In this document: positions 7,093 to 16,900 of the stretch, one piece after another
Layout of the letters: each line of letters opens with the position of its first letter
Numbering within the stretch: the first letter of the stretch is position 1
Virus record (IMG/VR): IMGVR_UViG_3300010366_000037
Location: 1-32,284 of that record
Source: a virus
Lineage: Duplodnaviria > Caudoviricetes
Length of the DNA stretch: 32,284 nucleotides
Direction: 5' to 3' (one strand)
Notes under the pieces: model-generated
Databases searched by the model: none
Told to the model about the DNA's origin: nothing
Seen by the model: only the letters and a program-made list of their open reading frames with translations
Program-made: the position numbers and the translations under genes

Positions 7093-7110
7093 TTCAAGAA
7101 AGGAATCATC

Positions 7111-8034
7111 ATGGCTGACCTGAAAGTGAGCCATTCGCAACTCCAAGTTTGGAGTTCCTGTGAACAGAAATGGTATTACAGTTACCTGCTCGGTTTGCAG
7201 CCGAAAGTTAAAGCTCATTACTTCTCAACCGGAGACTTCTGCCACAAGGGATTAGAAGTCGTCTACAACCATCGTCGTAATGGTGCATCGTGGGATGATG
7301 CAATACGTGCGTTGATTCGGGACTGGAAAGAGAAAGCTCCCGAAATGATGGCGGAGAACGTTCAGAGCTTCAACAAAGCAACACGAATTCTTAAGCGGTA
7401 CGTCACCTCATACGCACCGAAAGCTGACGTAGGATTACGAATCCTAGCAGTAGAACTTCATTTCGAGGTAGAGTTCCCGACTCCGGCCGGAAACAAGGTC
7501 GTGGTTCAAGGATACATCGACCTTCTCGTAGAACTAAACGGCGTTTTGTTTGCTTGGGATCACAAGACGACTGGATCAAGTACCTTCTGGACTCAAGAAG
7601 AAGCGATGCTTGATCCGCAGTTCGGTATCTACACTCTCGCTCTCAGATCACTCGGCTATCCCGTAAAGGGATTCATCGTGAATCAACTGAACGTCTACGA
7701 CTATACGAAGTTCGACGAGCAGACGAACGACAAACTGTTTCGGCGCCTCGAAACGTATAGAACAGACGAGCATCTTCGTGCGATTCAATTGAACGTGGGC
7801 ATGATGGCGGATGAACTTATCGCAAAGCGCGAAGGGGAGAGGAAGTTCATCCGCCATCTTTCTAAGACAACGTGCAAGGGTTGTATCTTCCGTCAACCGT
7901 GCTTGTACGAGATGAAGGGAATCAATGTGGACAACTTGATCGCTAACGACTTCGTTAAGCGTTCCAGCGACCGCGGCGACGAAATTCCCGAGGAGAAAAT
8001 TGAGGACATGAGTCTGTATGCTCTTAAGTTCTAG
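7111..8034 (+). CDS. PD-(D/E)XK exonuclease, Cas4/AddB-like with Fe-S cysteines
   Basis: SHSQL...C, GYIDL, WDHKT, QxxxY, CxxCxxxxxC. Confidence 0.85.
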   Translation: MADLKVSHSQLQVWSSCEQKWYYSYLLGLQPKVKAHYFSTGDFCHKGLEVVYNHRRNGASWDDAIRALIRDWKEKAPEMMAENVQSFNKATRILKRYVTSYAPKADVGLRILAVELHFEVEFPTPAGNKVVVQGYIDLLVELNGVLFAWDHKTTGSSTFWTQEEAMLDPQFGIYTLALRSLGYPVKGFIVNQLNVYDYTKFDEQTNDKLFRRLETYRTDEHLRAIQLNVGMMADELIAKREGERKFIRHLSKTTCKGCIFRQPCLYEMKGINVDNLIANDFVKRSSDRGDEIPEEKIEDMSLYALKF

Positions 8035-8263
8035 AAATGACTTAAAACGCGTCACTATCGAATACACGGACGGAACCACCGATGTATTCGACATTGGAAC
8101 TTCCTCAGGGTTCATTCGGGAGGGTTACACCTACCGGCAAGATATTGAGGGTTCCGATAAAGTGACTGCAATATTGAATACCTTTGAAATCTACTGGGCT
8201 GAGAAAAGGAATGGAAGTGCCTTCGATTTTAGACCAAGCCAAACCAGTCGGGGAGTTCCCTGA
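8018..8263 (+). CDS. hypothetical protein
   Basis: bridges the nuclease and ATPase genes with short overlaps. Confidence 0.6.
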   Translation: MLLSSRNDLKRVTIEYTDGTTDVFDIGTSSGFIREGYTYRQDIEGSDKVTAILNTFEIYWAEKRNGSAFDFRPSQTSRGVP

Positions 8264-8960
8264 TTGGATTCACCTAGCTCTCTTTGGTCCACCCGGCTCC
8301 GGTAAAACTGTATTTGCCGGTTCTGGTTATACCGAAGGACAGGTGATCCATTTTGACATTGATGGAACGGGAGCGAAGAGTTACAAGAATCACCCTGAGA
8401 TGCTCCCGCATATCCATCGTGTCAGAATCCGCAGATGTGAAGAATTGCTCGTGGCGGGAAATGAATTGCGTCAGGGAAACCACAGCTTCAAAGTTGCGGT
8501 CCTCGACACAATCTCGACGATGCAAACTCTTCACCTTCAACGGATCATGCGTGAACAGTACGCAAAGAATCCAGAAAAGCGGGAGCGTTACAAGACGTGG
8601 CAAGACGATTTCTACGAAGCCGGAAACAGGATCACAGAAATCATGGAAGTGTTCTGCGACCTGGAAATGCACGTCGTCTTCATCTTCCATCAGCGAGAGA
8701 ACAAAGACGAACAAACCGGCGTCACGTATCTAAGTCCGCAGGTGATGCCAAGTCTCGGCGGAACAATCGCAACACTCGTAGATATTACAGGGTACTTCAC
8801 CTGTAATACAAAAGCCAATGGGGAGGAAACAAGGAAACTCCGAGTAAAGCCCACCAGCCAAATCCAAACCAAGACTCGTAATTGGTTTGATTCCCCAATC
8901 CTTCTGAACCCAACGTTCAAGGATTTGCTACCGCAAGAAAGGACCAGCAATGCCAGTTGA
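8184..8960 (+). CDS. Sak4-like AAA ATPase / ssDNA-annealing recombinase (likely start 8211)
   Basis: Walker A GPPGSGKT, Walker B VAVLDT; lies between exonuclease and SSB-like gene. Confidence 0.8.
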   Translation: MKSTGLRKGMEVPSILDQAKPVGEFPDWIHLALFGPPGSGKTVFAGSGYTEGQVIHFDIDGTGAKSYKNHPEMLPHIHRVRIRRCEELLVAGNELRQGNHSFKVAVLDTISTMQTLHLQRIMREQYAKNPEKRERYKTWQDDFYEAGNRITEIMEVFCDLEMHVVFIFHQRENKDEQTGVTYLSPQVMPSLGGTIATLVDITGYFTCNTKANGEETRKLRVKPTSQIQTKTRNWFDSPILLNPTFKDLLPQERTSNAS

Positions 8961-9432
8961 CGACGAGGGCAATATTGTCCTCGACTTCGATTCCGTTATG
9001 CTTCCCGAGGGAGAGTATAACGTCCGCATCACAAACGTGAAGCGGAACATCAAGAAGAATGCAACGAAGGACGACTTCCCGTACATCGAGTTCCATTACT
9101 ACGTGGAGTCCAGAGTTGACGGCGAAGAAATCGCGCCGGAACTGATCGGAACAGATGTGATGGATATTTGTTCTGAGAACCCAACTGCCCGTTGGAAGCT
9201 GAAGGCAGTTCTCGAAGCTTTCACCTGTCATGAGTGGGGCGAGAAAGGAATGGCAATCGTCCCGTCAGAACTCATCGGTTTGGAAGCGATTGCAATGCTC
9301 GTCCACGACTCCTACAATGGCGTTCAGAGGGCCAAGCCAGCGAAGGTCTGGAACCCGAATTACGTACCGCCGGAGAAACCAGTGGACGAACCATCAGCTG
9401 ACGTTTGGGACGAATTCAACCAACAGCAGTAA
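8950..9432 (+). CDS. DUF669-like ssDNA-binding protein
   Basis: LPEGEYNVRITNV N-terminal motif, acidic/aromatic tail, follows the Sak4-like gene. Confidence 0.7.
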   Translation: MPVDDEGNIVLDFDSVMLPEGEYNVRITNVKRNIKKNATKDDFPYIEFHYYVESRVDGEEIAPELIGTDVMDICSENPTARWKLKAVLEAFTCHEWGEKGMAIVPSELIGLEAIAMLVHDSYNGVQRAKPAKVWNPNYVPPEKPVDEPSADVWDEFNQQQ

Positions 9433-9451
9433 ACCGTCCCAATCAAAGTTC

Positions 9452-9492
9452 GCCGCCTCCTGTAGTTGCTTCGGGAAACTATGGGAGGCGGC
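9452..9492 (+). terminator. 16-bp stem-loop after the SSB-like gene
   Basis: GCCGCCTCCTGTAGTT...AACTATGGGAGGCGGC (two G-U pairs). Confidence 0.55.
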
Positions 9493-9515
9493 AGCTTCTA
9501 TTGGGAAGGAGGGAA

Positions 9516-11303
9516 GTGGGACGTGAGCTAGACATTTATCTAGAAACCCTCTACGGCGAACAGGCGGGCTACATATATGTTGCTTCAAAGCAAACTGGCG
9601 GTGGATTCGTACAGAACTTCTTTCAGTATCCAACTGAACGTAGCCAGATTTCCTCTACGATTCTTGATAGCGTATTACTCGGGGAAGTCTATATCTGTCC
9701 ATCTGTATTTGCGGCACCAAAGGGAACTAAGGATCAGTGTCTCGGAAGTTCCGTTGCTTGGGTTGATTTTGACGGTAATTATCCGACAGCCTGGCCAAAC
9801 ACTGTACCAGTCCCAAGTATGGTCATACAGACTAGTAGCGAAAGAAATGTCCATGCATACTGGAAACTGGACAGTTTTCTTTCCGCGTCCGAAGTTGAAG
9901 AGATTAACCGACGTCTTAGCTATTTCTTTGGAGCAGATATTTCGGGATGGGACGCCAATCAACTCTTACGCCCACCTGAGACAAGAAATCATAAACGAGG
10001 CAAAGAGGTAATACTAACTACAGGGGGCGGGGCAAAACTAAGGGTAGCTGATTTCATAGGATTACCAAGTCCGCCGAAGCTACCTAAAGACATTGAAGCG
10101 TTTGAAATACCACCGATCGAAGAAGCTCATGCACACATAAACTGGCCGGGTAATTTAAGGGCGCTGTTTGAGAACGGACTTCCAGACGGGCGACGCCATC
10201 AGGGAATGTTTGCATTAGCCGCAGGACTGGCCGAATTGAACGTTGCCCCCCAGTTCATTCTGTCAGTCCTGCTACATTCAGACAACAACGCGTTCCATAA
10301 ATTCCAAGGACGACCGGATCAAAAGATTCGGTTGATGGAATTGGTAACGCGGGCAGTTTCAAAAGTCAAGGCAAAACAAAAGAGCGGGGAGGAAAAACCC
10401 GAATGGGGCGTCAGTTTAGAGAGACTGTTATCTACAGAATCGAAGATGGAATGGTTGTTGCCACCATTTCTTCACAAGACTACTTGCGCTATTTTGTCCG
10501 GTCCGCCGGGCGTTGGCAAGAGCTTGATGAGTCTCTATTTAGCGCAATGCTTGATACTACAGACAACCTTCCTGGAATTTACTCCGGCGAAATCATTGAA
10601 GGTTGGCTATGTGAGCTTGGAGATGGACGCTTCCGAGTTGAACGAAGTGGTACAACTCCAACTATCGCAGTATTCAAGTGCCCAGATGGAATTGCTCCGA
10701 GAGAATTTCTTCTTTCATTGCCCTGGGACTCCTGAGTTCTTCAATGATAAAGAGACAGAACGACTTCTTTTTAACTTTGTCGAGAAGTACAATCTCGATG
10801 GAGTATTCATTGACTCATTGTCTTCGGTTACGCCTGGCGATCTATCATCAGAGAAAGAGACGAAGGCTATCTTCGAGTTGGATGCTCGTCTGCGATCCAG
10901 ATTCGGATGCTTCACCTGGTACATTCATCACAACAGAAAGGCACAGGCAGATAACAAGCGGCCAAACAAGCTTGCCGATATATATGGCAGCGTCCACATC
11001 CAAAGTAAGCCTTCTACCGTCATCACACTTTGGCCGCTTGATCCGAAGGGTAATAGGATTGCTTTCAAGCCTCTTAAACTTCGGTCAGCAAAACTCCCAG
11101 ATGATATCATCGTCTCCAGAGACGACAACCTTCGTTATGTCATCAACAACAATCCAGGAAACAGTCCGCAACCTAGCACGGTTACAGCTAGCGAAGGAGA
11201 AGATAAGGTGGTGAACAATGCTGTCGGAAGTAACGATACGGACTCACCTAGTGACGGAGACGGAAGCACCGGAACTGTTATCCTTGATTTCAAAAGCGAC
11301 TGA
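9516..11303 (+). CDS. DNA primase-helicase (RepB/AEP-like primase + RecA-type helicase)
   Basis: WVDFD, HAYW, LLRPP; Walker A GPPGVGKS, Walker B VFIDS, HHNRK; AAGGAGG before GTG 9516 (ORF open from 9405). Confidence 0.85.
   Translation: MGRELDIYLETLYGEQAGYIYVASKQTGGGFVQNFFQYPTERSQISSTILDSVLLGEVYICPSVFAAPKGTKDQCLGSSVAWVDFDGNYPTAWPNTVPVPSMVIQTSSERNVHAYWKLDSFLSASEVEEINRRLSYFFGADISGWDANQLLRPPETRNHKRGKEVILTTGGGAKLRVADFIGLPSPPKLPKDIEAFEIPPIEEAHAHINWPGNLRALFENGLPDGRRHQGMFALAAGLAELNVAPQFILSVLLHSDNNAFHKFQGRPDQKIRLMELVTRAVSKVKAKQKSGEEKPEWGVSLERLLSTESKMEWLLPPFLHKTTCAILSGPPGVGKSLMSLYLAQCLILQTTFLEFTPAKSLKVGYVSLEMDASELNEVVQLQLSQYSSAQMELLRENFFFHCPGTPEFFNDKETERLLFNFVEKYNLDGVFIDSLSSVTPGDLSSEKETKAIFELDARLRSRFGCFTWYIHHNRKAQADNKRPNKLADIYGSVHIQSKPSTVITLWPLDPKGNRIAFKPLKLRSAKLPDDIIVSRDDNLRYVINNNPGNSPQPSTVTASEGEDKVVNNAVGSNDTDSPSDGDGSTGTVILDFKSD
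10016..10025 (-). repeat. dispersed 10-mer CCCTGTAGTT
   Basis: AACTACAGGG on +. Confidence 0.8.
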
Positions 11304-12945
11304 TTATGTCGTCGTCGATACAGAAACAACTATCACTGACTCGTTGGGTGATCGGGAGTTGCTTGGCTGTTCAGTTAGTTTGCCTGATGGTCGTATTGCT
11401 TACTTCCCGTTCGCTCATCAATCGGGCCTCGATTTCGGTGATCGCAATCTTGACGCTTCTTATCTTCCTAAGTTGTGGGATGCTTTGGCAGACAAGAAGC
11501 TTGTCTTCCATAACGCAAAGTTCGATCTTCAAGTTATGGAAAAGTTCGGATTCAAACGGAGAGGACCGTTTTCATGTACTATGATTATGAGTCACATCGT
11601 TGACCCATATCCACCACACGGTCTGAAAGAGCTAGCAGAGGATCGTCTTGGAATAGAAGATTCGGCCGAGATGAAAATTCTGCTCAAGAAAGTACAGAAG
11701 GCGGGACTGGCTTGGCACCATATCCCACCTTCCATAATGGCTCCGTACGCTGCAAACGATGCGTACCTAACTAGACTGCTCTACGAGTTTCTCATGCAGG
11801 ACTTTTGGGAATACACTACTCCCGAATATTTTGAGCGGGAGATGCAATTCCTGTCTGTCCTGAAAGCAATAGAAGCTCGTGGTCTAGTTCTGGATCGGGA
11901 AGAGACAGCATCGAAATTAAATGCAACAGTCGAACGTATGCTAGAAGTTCGTCGGGAATTAGGCTTTGATCCGGCGAAGCGAATCGCGTTGGCTCGTAAG
12001 TTGTATTCAACTCCACCTGTCGGCCTAGGTCTGCCCATGTACGCGACGGGAAAGCCATCGAAGTCTTTTCCACAAGGCTTTCCTACCATGAATGACGCCA
12101 TCTTGTCAAGATACGCCCACCCGATAGTTGGCCTGGTCAGGGAGTATCGACTGTTACAAAAGGTTGAAAGTACGTACCTCCGGCCGTGGTGGGAGAAGTC
12201 GAGAGCCGACGGGATGCTCCATCCGACCTTCAAGCCGTGGGGTACTATCACAGGGAGGCTTTCGTGTGAAAACCCAAACATGCAGCAAATTCCGAGGGAC
12301 TCGTATCTCAAAACATTGTTCTTGTCTCCTGACGGATATTCGCTTACCGAATTTGACTTCGATCAGATTGAGTTTCGATTGGCAGTTGCCTACTCTAAAG
12401 ATAAAAACCTTATTGATAGATTACTCGGCGGAGAAGATGTCCATTCCGTGGTGGCGGAACAATTGGGAATTAGCCGTCAAGATGCCAAGACAGTTAACTA
12501 TCTCATGCTCTACGGCGGCGGCATCGGAAGATTGGCAGGTCAACTCCGTACAACTTTCGCTGCTGCCAAAACTTTCTGGGAAGGTTATCAGAACAAATAT
12601 TCCGGTCTCACAAGAGCAGCGGCGTCTGCTACAATGGCTGCCCAGCAACGAGGACAGATTAAATACTGGACCGGGAGAATCAAACCCTTTAAGTCCCCTA
12701 AGGAACACCATAAGGCGTTTAACGCTGCAATACAGGGAGGCTCTTTCGAAATAATGAAACGAGCAATGATTGAACTTGGCGAAGCCGGAGTACCAATGGT
12801 GAACCAAGTCCATGACTCTGTATGGGTTCTAACTCAAACAGATTCAGAACGTAGAGAGATAAAAGAAATGATGAGTCATTGGCAAACAAAGGCGTTCGGA
12901 GTACCATTTCCCGTTAGTGCGAAACAACTAGGAAAGGCAGCATGA
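11218..12945 (+). CDS. polA: family A DNA polymerase with 3'-5' exonuclease
   Basis: Exo DTET, HNAKFD, YAANDA; TGRLS..PN.QQIP; motif A DFDQIEFR, motif B RQDAKTVNY..LYG, motif C VHDS. Confidence 0.95.
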   Translation: MLSEVTIRTHLVTETEAPELLSLISKATDYVVVDTETTITDSLGDRELLGCSVSLPDGRIAYFPFAHQSGLDFGDRNLDASYLPKLWDALADKKLVFHNAKFDLQVMEKFGFKRRGPFSCTMIMSHIVDPYPPHGLKELAEDRLGIEDSAEMKILLKKVQKAGLAWHHIPPSIMAPYAANDAYLTRLLYEFLMQDFWEYTTPEYFEREMQFLSVLKAIEARGLVLDREETASKLNATVERMLEVRRELGFDPAKRIALARKLYSTPPVGLGLPMYATGKPSKSFPQGFPTMNDAILSRYAHPIVGLVREYRLLQKVESTYLRPWWEKSRADGMLHPTFKPWGTITGRLSCENPNMQQIPRDSYLKTLFLSPDGYSLTEFDFDQIEFRLAVAYSKDKNLIDRLLGGEDVHSVVAEQLGISRQDAKTVNYLMLYGGGIGRLAGQLRTTFAAAKTFWEGYQNKYSGLTRAAASATMAAQQRGQIKYWTGRIKPFKSPKEHHKAFNAAIQGGSFEIMKRAMIELGEAGVPMVNQVHDSVWVLTQTDSERREIKEMMSHWQTKAFGVPFPVSAKQLGKAA

Positions 12946-13226
12946 GCCTAAGCGCACAAGTAATCAGAGACGAAGAGTGGGGCGTCAAAGTATTTGATGA
13001 CGGCAAACCACTATTAGCTATCAGCGCAGATTCAGCTATCAAACTGGGAATTCATCTCATCATTCTCGGTCAAGACGCTTTGCATGGTCAAGCGCTAGAA
13101 ATGGTCTGCCTAGACAAAAAACTACCACAAGATACCTTTACCGATCTTTGGAACCGTGTCGATCAATACGTCACGATTCTAAACATGCCGCAGAAAGATG
13201 TAGATGGAAACGATTCTAGCGATTGA
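12942..13226 (+). CDS. hypothetical protein
   Basis: ATGA overlap with polA; GAAAGG RBS. Confidence 0.7.
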   Translation: MSLSAQVIRDEEWGVKVFDDGKPLLAISADSAIKLGIHLIILGQDALHGQALEMVCLDKKLPQDTFTDLWNRVDQYVTILNMPQKDVDGNDSSD

Positions 13227-13677
13227 TCCGGGATTCCACCTTGGTTGGGTTCAAGTAATTTTCGATCCCGAAACTAAACGCGTTCAACTACAGGGCGCGG
13301 GGACAACTATTGGTACGGATAACATCTTGCCGTTCATTCAGGACAGCAAAGCTGATATCTACGTTGTCGAAGATTACAAGATTCGACCGCCAATGAAGAA
13401 CCCCGCAAATAATCGCCGGTATACGCATCAATGGGACTCAGGCGATACTATGCGATACATCGGGATGATTCAAGCACGCGCTCACGCTCTCGGCGCAGAA
13501 TTCGTATTGCAGCAGCCAGCTTGTAAGCCTGCTGGCTATGGCTATATGGGTAAGCCGTACGTGAAGGGGCGGAAGGATGGGATTGTTCATCAGGACGATG
13601 CAACGGCGCATCTGGTTTTTTACTTGGTGAAAAATCGTAAGTGCGCTCCTGATGTTTTGAAGCGACGACCGGCGTAA
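13204..13677 (+). CDS. RuvC-like Holliday junction resolvase
   Basis: ILAIDPG...GW, VVE, HxDDA RNase H-fold acidic motifs. Confidence 0.75.
   Translation: METILAIDPGFHLGWVQVIFDPETKRVQLQGAGTTIGTDNILPFIQDSKADIYVVEDYKIRPPMKNPANNRRYTHQWDSGDTMRYIGMIQARAHALGAEFVLQQPACKPAGYGYMGKPYVKGRKDGIVHQDDATAHLVFYLVKNRKCAPDVLKRRPA
13286..13295 (-). repeat. dispersed 10-mer CCCTGTAGTT
   Basis: AACTACAGGG on +. Confidence 0.8.
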
Positions 13678-13906
13678 GGGCTTTCAACAAGGTGTAAGCG
13701 AAACTTCGTTCCCCCTCTGTAGTTCCGCCCCATATTCCTTTCTGATCAGTTTCATAAGCCCATTCTAAACAGGGCCTGCGGCAAGGACACGTATCGCAGA
13801 AGGATTTTGCTTTACGTACTAGCCGCAGGTCTTTTGTGTCTATGAAGAAGACATTTGGATCAACGCCAATACAGGCAGCGATTCCAACAGACCACGAGTG
13901 TCTCAT
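13448..13906 (-). CDS. whiB: WhiB-family Fe-S transcription factor
   Basis: AAC...DP.VFF...AKSFCxxCPCRRPC and GIWGG turn motif. Confidence 0.9.
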   Translation of the reverse strand: MRHSWSVGIAACIGVDPNVFFIDTKDLRLVRKAKSFCDTCPCRRPCLEWAYETDQKGIWGGTTEGERSFAYTLLKALTPVVASKHQERTYDFSPSKKPDAPLHRPDEQSHPSAPSRTAYPYSHSQQAYKLAAAIRILRRERERVLESSRCIA

Positions 13907-16900
13907 TGCTTACCCTTTGAAGCTAGAGCAAGTGCGTAGATCATTGCGTCTGCTTGAGTTGAAAAGTCCTTGACGGCCTGTTTGTAATGTGTGTTGTAAA
14001 CTCGATAGCCGTATTTCGTCTTGTTTACTTCAAGATTAGCGGCTTTTAGAGTCTTGTTGAATTGAGCAATTTCGTGTGAGAGCGGAGCTTGTTCATTATG
14101 CAGAGCACTCAATTGTGAATTCTCTGTGTCCTTCATAATTCCGATATTGGTTAGTCGGTTGATACCACGAATCGTATCAGCTTCACTTTGGCCAATCTTC
14201 GATGCCGCCATAGCATCTTTGATGATGCCGAATAAATCTTGACTGAATCCACCGATAGACGTGTCTAGCGGAGCACCTGTGAACAGATTCTTCATCTGTG
14301 CTAATTCGAACGGCAATTGAATGGCCGGGTGAAGGCTAGTAGCGAATTTCTCAGCCAATCCACCCTTGCCTGTTATATTGCCAGAGCCAAGCCAAGATGC
14401 TGGAAGCTGAGAACCAGGCCACGGAATAGACCAGATGTTTGGTTCCGGGCCATTTGAAACTCTGGCGTAACCTTGATCCTTTACCCAATCTTGAACTGGT
14501 ATGCCTTGCATATCGAAAGGATCAACACCGGCAACATTTGAAATAAAGCGGTTCAGCTTGCTTATTGCGGTTATACGACCCGGCCTAGTTGCCATTGCTT
14601 CGATCATTAGTGGAAGAGCTTTGCGAGACCAGCTATAGAATGGCATTGCCCGGCGGAAATAATCTCGTTCAACTGGAGTCAAAGCACCGTAGTTGATATT
14701 CCACTTATTAACTCGCTTTGCTGCCGCAGTTGCAGCCTTCATCAAACCAACAGTGTTATTTGGACCGAGATTTACTTTATCGCCTTCTTTCTTGAGGGCA
14801 TCAAAGAAGTGAGCGTAACGAGCAAACAGTTCTCGGCGCTGAGAGAACTCATTGACTCCCTTGATGATCGGATTCCGACCTTCCATCAATTCTGTGCCGA
14901 TGAATCCCTTCATCATTCCAGATTTACCGATTAGATCGTAAAGATCATCACCGTTCAGCGTCTGTTGACCAACTCTCAGGCTCAATTGAGAGCGGTCGCC
15001 GGAAACCATTTTCAAACCTTGCAAGTAACGGTAAGGATTCGTTACTCCATCAAGGAAATTCATGAACACGTCACCAATAAAGTTGTTAATATGGTGACCA
15101 GGACGCATTGAAGTGTTCGCCATCTTCCAATAGCGAGTAACACTGTCAATGTACTTCATGAATTTGGCGACTTCTTCTTCATTTCGGCTACCGAAGCGTC
15201 CAATTGCATTGTAGACTCTCGCAACGTCTGGCTGTGCGTAAATACTTATGCCTGGTTTTATAGCAGCAGACTTTGGTGGCTTGATTTTCTCCAACTCATT
15301 TTCATGTGCCCAGATATGGTTGTCAGTAGGAATACCGTAGTGTTCGACAACCATTCTTTGAAACGCTTCGTTTGTCATTTGCCGTGTATGATCGGCCGCA
15401 TGGGCGAGCATGATTCGATCAGCTTCTCGAATAGGCTTTAATCCACGATCTTCCGCTTGTTGCAGAGTTACGCGATCTGCACCAGTAGCACCATCACGAA
15501 GTCTTAGCCGCCGTGCAGTTCGAACCTTGTCGATTTCGTTCTTTGAACCACGCTGGTAGTAATGAAATACGTAGTTCTTTACTTCTTGCCCAGGAGTGTA
15601 CTTCCCTGTATCAGTTACGTGTTCTGCAAATTTTTCAGCATTCGATTGCTGCCAGAATTTTTGAATATCTCCGAGGTCTTTTCCATTCTTGGAAATCTCA
15701 CCGGAAAGATCACGACCCAATTCAGTTTCATCAGCAATTCGCCGCTTCTCAGCAGTTGTTAGACCCTTGAAAACGTCATTAATTCTTTGCTTCTCTTGTT
15801 CTAGAGAATGAACTCCACGTGTCTGTGCCTTGTTCCACAGCGTTTGAGTATCGCCCGGAAGCCAGTAATTCAAATCAAACGCTGAACGTATAGCTTGACC
15901 AGCTTCAGTGTTACTGAGAGCCGCCTTACCTTTTCGCACAGCCTGATACGGAGCATTGATGATTGGAAGCTTACCGAGTCCGGTACTCTTACCAAGAAGT
16001 CGAACATCAATTATAGGTTGATTTCGACCGTCTATCGCAGCGTTTCGACGAAGAGTCGCAAGCTTTTGATTCGCTTGGTCTGAAAGCATTTGCTTCTCAA
16101 TAGCAACACGAGCATATGCCTCGGCAGTTGGAACATCCGTTCCACGACTAATCTCTCTCGTCATTATATCATGAGCAAGAGATTGGTACTTCGTCATATT
16201 CGTACCAACAGCACCGCCCGCCTGAACTACGTGAGAAATATCATTGACAACTCCCTTTGCTTTCTTAGGAATTGCCAAGCCGATTCCAGTAGTCAGACCC
16301 TTCTTTCCAGCGAGTTTTCCTGCCTGCTGTAGAAGACTTCTATCAATATCAATTTGCGATCGAATTCCAATACCGAGAGCATCTTTGACAGCCGGAGCGA
16401 TTCCAAAAGATATATACGTAGTAGGATCGAGAGCAACTTCTGCGCCAGCGCCCAGTAATGGAGTAACTACTGGAATATCTGGCATTCCCAAATCTTGAAG
16501 TATCTGTGAACCGGATACTAAACCTTCATCATGAGCGGCTGCATTCCAACCAGCTTGAAGAGCATCTGTACCAGCTAGAGCAGATTGCCAATCTCCAGCT
16601 TTAACGTCGTTGATAATCTTATCCAGCGCTGCACCAGTATAAGCAAATGGCTTGTTCATCCAGTTAAGACCAGTACCAACCACACTCATTAAATCGTGGC
16701 CTGATCTTGCAGCTAGGTCAACCCAATCGCCAGGACTAAAAGCATCGAATGGTCCACCGCCTTGATTAGTGCTGGCTTTGTGAACTGCCGCAATTACATC
16801 TTTCTGTTGTTGTATCTGCTGTTGAAGAGTGGCAACTTTTAGAGTTGCTTGACCAACTGGAGTTGTAAGATCAAGCGGAGGTGAGGAAGGTTGGGCGCCC

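Noticed and set aside
6541-7118. Several overlapping alternative ORFs in both directions
   Set aside because: Shadows of the 6436-6960 gene, which has the promoter and perfect RBS
7111-8034. Cas4-like nuclease as evidence of a CRISPR system
   Set aside because: No array or other cas genes; it sits in an ordinary exonuclease-Sak4-SSB recombination module
9405-9515. N-terminal extension of primase-helicase
   Set aside because: Overlaps the SSB-like gene end and a hairpin; better RBS before GTG 9516
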